Below, one piece after another: positions 49,496-54,230 of a stretch of DNA of 54,230 bases (position 1 is its first letter; each line of letters opens with the position of its first letter). The position numbers were made by a program, and so were the translations under genes. Source of the DNA: Acaryochloridaceae cyanobacterium VAR_48_metabat_390 (GTDB lineage: Bacteria; Cyanobacteriota; Cyanobacteriia; Thermosynechococcales; Thermosynechococcaceae); assembly GCA_031422435.1 (NCBI GenBank), contig JANPLU010000079.1, positions 1 to 54,230 of the forward strand, written 5' to 3'. Below the pieces are notes generated by a model. That model searched no databases and was not told where the DNA came from. It was given only the letters and a program-made list of their open reading frames with translations.

Positions 49496-51070
49496 ATGGA
49501 AGCCTGCATCCCTGTCCTGAAATCAGTGGCGGGGCTTCATCGTTTTTTGCAAATGCAGCGATCTAGCGCGCAACACAACAGCCCCAAGGAAGGTTTACTA
49601 GGGCACATTGGTCTTGTTCCTACGATGGGCGCACTCCACCTAGGGCACCGAAGCTTAATTCAGCGTGCAAGGCAAGAAAATGCCGTTGTGATGGTCAGTA
49701 TCTTTGTAAATCCTCTTCAGTTTGGGCCAGCCGAAGACTTTACCCGATATCCCAGAACCTTAGCCTCTGACCTAGCGCTCTGCCAGGAATGCGGAGTAGA
49801 TGCAGTCTTTGTGCCAGAGGCAGCAGATTTAGTCTCCAGTCGCCCCATCACCCAAGTAGTGCCCCCCACCGCGTTAACCGAAGGATTGTGTGGGCGATCA
49901 CGTCCTAATCATTTCCAAGGCGTTGCCACCATCGTGCTGAAACTGCTTAACTTAGTACAGCCTGATCGCGCCTACTTTGGACGTAAAGACGCACAGCAGC
50001 TTGCCATTATTCAGCAGCTCGTGAAGGATCTTAATGTGGCAACCACCATTGTGCCCTGCCCCATTCTGCGAGAACTCAATGGTCTAGCCTACAGTTCACG
50101 AAATCAGTACCTAAATGAAGCACAAACCCAGCAGGCGCTGGCGCTCTCTCAAGGGCTAAAACAGGCTGAAGCTTTATTTAACAAAGGTATTAAAGACCGC
50201 AGCTTACTAGTAAATATGATTAAAACGACAGTAGCGAAAGCATCGGGGGTACAGGTGGAGTATATAGAAGTGGTGGATCCGCAGACGCTAGAGCCTTTAA
50301 CGCAGATTGACACTGTTGGCATGGTGGCGATCGCCGCTCGTGTGGGCAACACCCGTCTCATTGACAACATAGTGCTGGATAGTCGCAAACCCATCCTGGC
50401 AATTGACGGGCCAGCCGGAGCCGGAAAATCTACCGTCACGCGCCTCTGTGCCAAAGAGTTAGGACTCATCCATTTGGATACTGGGGCAATGTACCGCGCC
50501 ATGACCTGGCTCGTGCTTCAGTCAGAGATTGCCTTAGATGATGAAGTGGCGATCGCCGATCTTGTTAGCCAAGCTCAACTAGAGATGAAGCCCACTGAAC
50601 CCCCAGAAGTGTGGGTAAATGGACAAGATGTAACCCAGGCTATTCGTTCCCTTACCGTGACCGCCCATGTGTCTACCCTTGCAGCACAGCCAGCCGTCAG
50701 GGACATTTTGCGCCAGCAGCAGCAGGCTTATGCGCAAGTCGGCGGCGTAGCAGCGGAAGGTCGGGATATAGGAACGCACATTTTTCCGGATGCCGGACTC
50801 AAAATTTTTCTAACCGCCTCGGTAGAAGAACGCGCCCGTCGTCGTTACGAAGAGCTGAAGGCTACCGGAACAGCTGACATTACCTATGAAAAGCTGGTTC
50901 AAGACATTGCGGAACGCGATCGCAAAGACAGTCAGCGTAAGACTGCACCCTTGAGAAAAGCTGCGGATGCGATTGAAATTTTGACTGATGGACTTTCTGT
51001 ATCAGAAGTTACAGACAAAATTGTGCATCTCTACAAAGAACGAGATCCAGACCATGCCCTTGGGGTGTAG
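49496..51070 (+). CDS. panC: Bifunctional pantoate--beta-alanine ligase / cytidylate kinase (PanC-Cmk)
   Basis: PTMGALHLGH, VNPLQF, YSSRN, RLIDN followed by IDGPAGAGKST, DTGAMYR, EGRDIG. Confidence 0.95.
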   Translation: MEACIPVLKSVAGLHRFLQMQRSSAQHNSPKEGLLGHIGLVPTMGALHLGHRSLIQRARQENAVVMVSIFVNPLQFGPAEDFTRYPRTLASDLALCQECGVDAVFVPEAADLVSSRPITQVVPPTALTEGLCGRSRPNHFQGVATIVLKLLNLVQPDRAYFGRKDAQQLAIIQQLVKDLNVATTIVPCPILRELNGLAYSSRNQYLNEAQTQQALALSQGLKQAEALFNKGIKDRSLLVNMIKTTVAKASGVQVEYIEVVDPQTLEPLTQIDTVGMVAIAARVGNTRLIDNIVLDSRKPILAIDGPAGAGKSTVTRLCAKELGLIHLDTGAMYRAMTWLVLQSEIALDDEVAIADLVSQAQLEMKPTEPPEVWVNGQDVTQAIRSLTVTAHVSTLAAQPAVRDILRQQQQAYAQVGGVAAEGRDIGTHIFPDAGLKIFLTASVEERARRRYEELKATGTADITYEKLVQDIAERDRKDSQRKTAPLRKAADAIEILTDGLSVSEVTDKIVHLYKERDPDHALGV

Positions 51071-51254
51071 GATGCGATCATAGGGTCTTTAAGAGTGTCT
51101 GTGCGGCTTAATAAGCGCTAGAAATCATTTGTCAGGGTCAGCAGATATGGGTCACTCTGATAGGTTGGGTTCTGGCTGGAGAGCTGGGAATACTACAAGG
51201 ATCCCAAGATGATTTGAGGGAAAGGTTTTGGTCTACAGCATTACGGGTGAACGA

Positions 51255-52427
51255 ATGAAACTGGCTGCGCGGATCGCTCAGGTTCCGGCTTCGATGACGC
51301 TGGCGATCGCCGCCAAAGCGAAGGCGATGAAGGCAGAAGGACTGGATGTACTAGGGTTTGGTGCTGGCGAACCAGATTTTGATACCCCAGACCACATCAA
51401 GGCAGCCGCAAAAAAAGCCTTAGATGAAGGGAAAACCAAGTACGGAGCAGCGGCAGGGGAAGCGACTTTACGGGAGGCGATCGCCCGTAAGCTACAGCGC
51501 GATAATCAGCTTGCCTATAAAGCTGAGAATGTGCTGGTCACAAACGGTGGAAAGCACGGCCTTTACAACATTTTTCAGGCGTTTTTAGACCCAGGCGATG
51601 AAGTTATTATTCCGGCACCTTACTGGCTCAGCTATCCCGAAATGGTGAAGTTGGCCTCTGGGATGCCCGTCATTGTCCAGACCGATCTTAGTGAAAATTT
51701 TAAGATTACCCCTAACCAGCTCCGGCAGGCAATCACGCCTCGCACAAAGTTCTTTGTTCTCAATTCCCCCTCTAACCCCACGGGCGTGGTTTATACGCCT
51801 GCGGAAATTCAGGCATTGGCAAAGGTGATTTTAGAGAGTCATGTCTGGGTTATCTCTGATGAGATCTATGAAAAAACCCTCTACGAGGATGCAGAACATC
51901 TCAGCATTGCGGCATTGAGCCAAGCCCTCTTTGAGCGCACGTTTGTCTGTAGCGGGTTTGCTAAAACCTATTCTATGACCGGATGGCGGGTGGGCTATGT
52001 GGCTGGCCCTCTGGATGAAATTAAGGCCATGACGCGGCTGCAAAGTCACAGCACTTCTAATGTGTGTACCTTTGCTCAATATGGGGCGATCGCAGCCCTA
52101 GAGGGTTCCCAAGACTGCGTCACAGAAATGCTCCATGCCTTTGCCGCGCGACGCACCGTCATGCTGGACTACCTTAATGCCATTCCAGGGTTGCAGTGTC
52201 CTCGACCGGAGGGCGCATTTTACATGTTCCCCAGCATTCGCAAAACGGGGATGCGCTCGATTGAATTTTGCGAGGCATTACTGGCAACCCACCAAGTCGC
52301 GGCGGTTCCAGGCATTGCCTTTGGTGCCGATGACGCAATTCGGATCTCCTATGCGACCGATATGGACACGATTCGCAAAGGCATGGAGCGGCTGGATGAC
52401 TTTGTGCGATCGCGTCTGGCGCAGTAA
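51255..52427 (+). CDS. aspC: Class I PLP aminotransferase (aspartate aminotransferase)
   Basis: [41 protein letters not shown] at 51255. Confidence 0.92.
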   Translation: MKLAARIAQVPASMTLAIAAKAKAMKAEGLDVLGFGAGEPDFDTPDHIKAAAKKALDEGKTKYGAAAGEATLREAIARKLQRDNQLAYKAENVLVTNGGKHGLYNIFQAFLDPGDEVIIPAPYWLSYPEMVKLASGMPVIVQTDLSENFKITPNQLRQAITPRTKFFVLNSPSNPTGVVYTPAEIQALAKVILESHVWVISDEIYEKTLYEDAEHLSIAALSQALFERTFVCSGFAKTYSMTGWRVGYVAGPLDEIKAMTRLQSHSTSNVCTFAQYGAIAALEGSQDCVTEMLHAFAARRTVMLDYLNAIPGLQCPRPEGAFYMFPSIRKTGMRSIEFCEALLATHQVAAVPGIAFGADDAIRISYATDMDTIRKGMERLDDFVRSRLAQ

Positions 52428-52486
52428 TGGCTTTGCCGTCACGAGACTGGTCTACTCATCCTCAAAGTGTCCTCTGAAAATAGACT

Positions 52487-54097
52487 TTAAGGCGGAGCAT
52501 TTTGTGTCGTAAAGCGCTGAAGTGCAGATAGCGCACGGTTGTAAGAAATAATCGCCGCAAGATAATTATTTCTAGCCTGGGCTAAATCAGTGGTGGCATT
52601 GCTTACTTCTAAACTAGTGCCCACCCCGTTATCGCGCCGCAGCTTAGCAAGGGTTAACCCCTGCTCGGCCTGTTCAATGGCGCAGCGAGTGGTGCTAATA
52701 CGCTCCCGACTGGACTGGAGCGTGTAGTAGTTTTGCTCCACCTGAAACCGAATCACGTTTTTGAAGCTGGCAAACTGGGTTTCGGTAATAGAGGCGTTGA
52801 TCTGCTGCTGAGCGGCGATCGCCTTTGCAGCCCCTCCATCAAAAATAGTCTTGCTGGCCTGTGCCCCCACCCCGTAGCCATAAGCGCCGAGGTTGTTATC
52901 GGCCAAATCATCCGCTAGAGCAATGTTGGCATTAAAGGTCAACTGCGGCCCTAAACTGCCGAGCGCCACCCTGCGGTTTTGCAAAGCAATATCGCGCTGA
53001 TCGAGCACCTGACCCAGCTCAGAGCGATTTTGAAGCGCCTGCACAATGCTTTCTTCTAACGATGGTGTCCAGTTTCCGGCGATCGCCACCGCATCGGCAG
53101 AAACCACCGTGACCATTTCCGGTAGACTAAGCCGCTGAGCCAACTGACGGCGGCTTACCTGCTGCTGGCTTTGAGCCTGAATCAACTGCTGCTTGCGGTC
53201 TGCTAAAGCAACCTCCGCCTGAAGCACGTCAAAACGAGTGCCTAACCCTGCGGATTCGCGGGCTTGGGCAACCCGCAGGTTTTCGGCGGCATTATCAACA
53301 GACTGCTGCGCAATTTTGATCGACTCATCTGCTTGCTGCAAATCGTAATAGTCATTGGCAACGTCTAGACGAAGCTGTTGCCGCTGGGCTTGATAAACTT
53401 TTTCGGTGCTTTTAAGAGAAGATTCTGCGGCGCGAATGCTGGCAGAGCGCTGTCCAGAGGTAAACACATCGTAATTAAGCTCTACGCCACCGCTAAAGCT
53501 ATTGTTAGCATCGGGACGATTGGGCAGCCCCGCCTGTTTTGCCCCGATCGCAGCTTGGGCAGAATCTGAGCGAGTGATACCGGCATTGGCACTCACGGCT
53601 GGATACAGGGCGGCTTTAGCCTGCCGAAGGGCAAAGCGCTGCTGCTCTACCTGAAGCGCGGCAATTTGTAAATCTCGATTGCGGCGCTGCGCTAAATCAA
53701 TGGCCTGGCTTAGAGTAATAGCCTGCGTTGTTGTAACAGTGACATCTTCAGGCTTACTAGGGACTTGTAGGGTATTAGAGGGCGGTGCCAGCGTCCCCAG
53801 ATCTGCGGCCTTAGCATCGGTATTGCTGCTGGGTAAAGAGCCTAAATCTAAAGAGCCTGTCGGTGAAGCGCCAACGGTTGAGCCACTAATGGCTGGGGGG
53901 AGGGCGTTGGGGTCGCAAGTAATGGCAGTCGTGGCGGCAGAGGGCTGACTTAAGACGGGCAGGGCGCTGGCGAGTGAGCCTACGGCTACCATAAGTCCCA
54001 TCCAAGCGCGGCAGTGACGAGAGCGGATAACGACGGTGCACAGAGTCTGAGGACTTTGTAAAGCGGCTTGCTGAATGCTTTTTAAAACAGAATACAC
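52487..54097 (-). CDS. TolC-family outer membrane efflux protein
   Basis: Two OEP repeats (YYDLQ, GLGTRFDVL, GVGTSLEV, YNRAL); GTG at 54097 follows a GGAG SD; the ORF is open to 54187. Confidence 0.92.
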   Translation of the reverse strand: MYSVLKSIQQAALQSPQTLCTVVIRSRHCRAWMGLMVAVGSLASALPVLSQPSAATTAITCDPNALPPAISGSTVGASPTGSLDLGSLPSSNTDAKAADLGTLAPPSNTLQVPSKPEDVTVTTTQAITLSQAIDLAQRRNRDLQIAALQVEQQRFALRQAKAALYPAVSANAGITRSDSAQAAIGAKQAGLPNRPDANNSFSGGVELNYDVFTSGQRSASIRAAESSLKSTEKVYQAQRQQLRLDVANDYYDLQQADESIKIAQQSVDNAAENLRVAQARESAGLGTRFDVLQAEVALADRKQQLIQAQSQQQVSRRQLAQRLSLPEMVTVVSADAVAIAGNWTPSLEESIVQALQNRSELGQVLDQRDIALQNRRVALGSLGPQLTFNANIALADDLADNNLGAYGYGVGAQASKTIFDGGAAKAIAAQQQINASITETQFASFKNVIRFQVEQNYYTLQSSRERISTTRCAIEQAEQGLTLAKLRRDNGVGTSLEVSNATTDLAQARNNYLAAIISYNRALSALQRFTTQNAPP

Positions 54098-54230
54098 GGA
54101 CGCTCTCCTAACTCTCAACGATGTGCAACTGAATCTGGCGACCAACCGTAGACGGCATCCGATGCTGTTTACCGTAACGGCGATCACAGTTTTTATATCC
54201 TAGTCGGCATTCTCCCGAATAGGGTTATTG

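Noticed and set aside
49496..51070. PanC-Cmk fusion as a novelty
   Set aside because: Well-known fusion in cyanobacteria

Overview
Cyanobacterial chromosomal window, inferred from dense HIP1 GCGATCGC octamers and typical cyanobacterial genes. It holds about 53 protein-coding genes, mostly housekeeping (hom, murF, amyA, ubiA/plqA, sdhA, cpdA, ssb, HtrA protease, Zn/Mn ABC transporter, mnmA, ktrBA, era, purN, ruvC, menB, panC-cmk, aspC, TolC). I found no rRNA, intact tRNA or CRISPR array. Notable elements: (1) an accessory patch at about 11.1-14.75 kb with a Uma2 nuclease, an orphan YgiT-type antitoxin whose toxin survives only as a 3' remnant, a 168-bp MITE with 20-bp TIRs and a 9-bp target duplication, and a methyltransferase plus putative restriction nuclease pair; (2) a transporter-less SBP-vWA / membrane coiled-coil / SBP module coupled to murF; (3) a desaturase-cyclopropane synthase-methyltransferase operon followed by two paralogous small secreted proteins; (4) a 52-aa four-Cys micro-protein missed by the ORF track; (5) a stand-alone protein resembling the C-terminal part of cyanobacterial protelomerases; (6) ruvC with no ATG/GTG/TTG upstream of its first catalytic Asp, so probably an ATC start; (7) a Zur/Fur-type box in a 53-bp divergent promoter. 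Product calls come from motif recognition only; no database searches were run.
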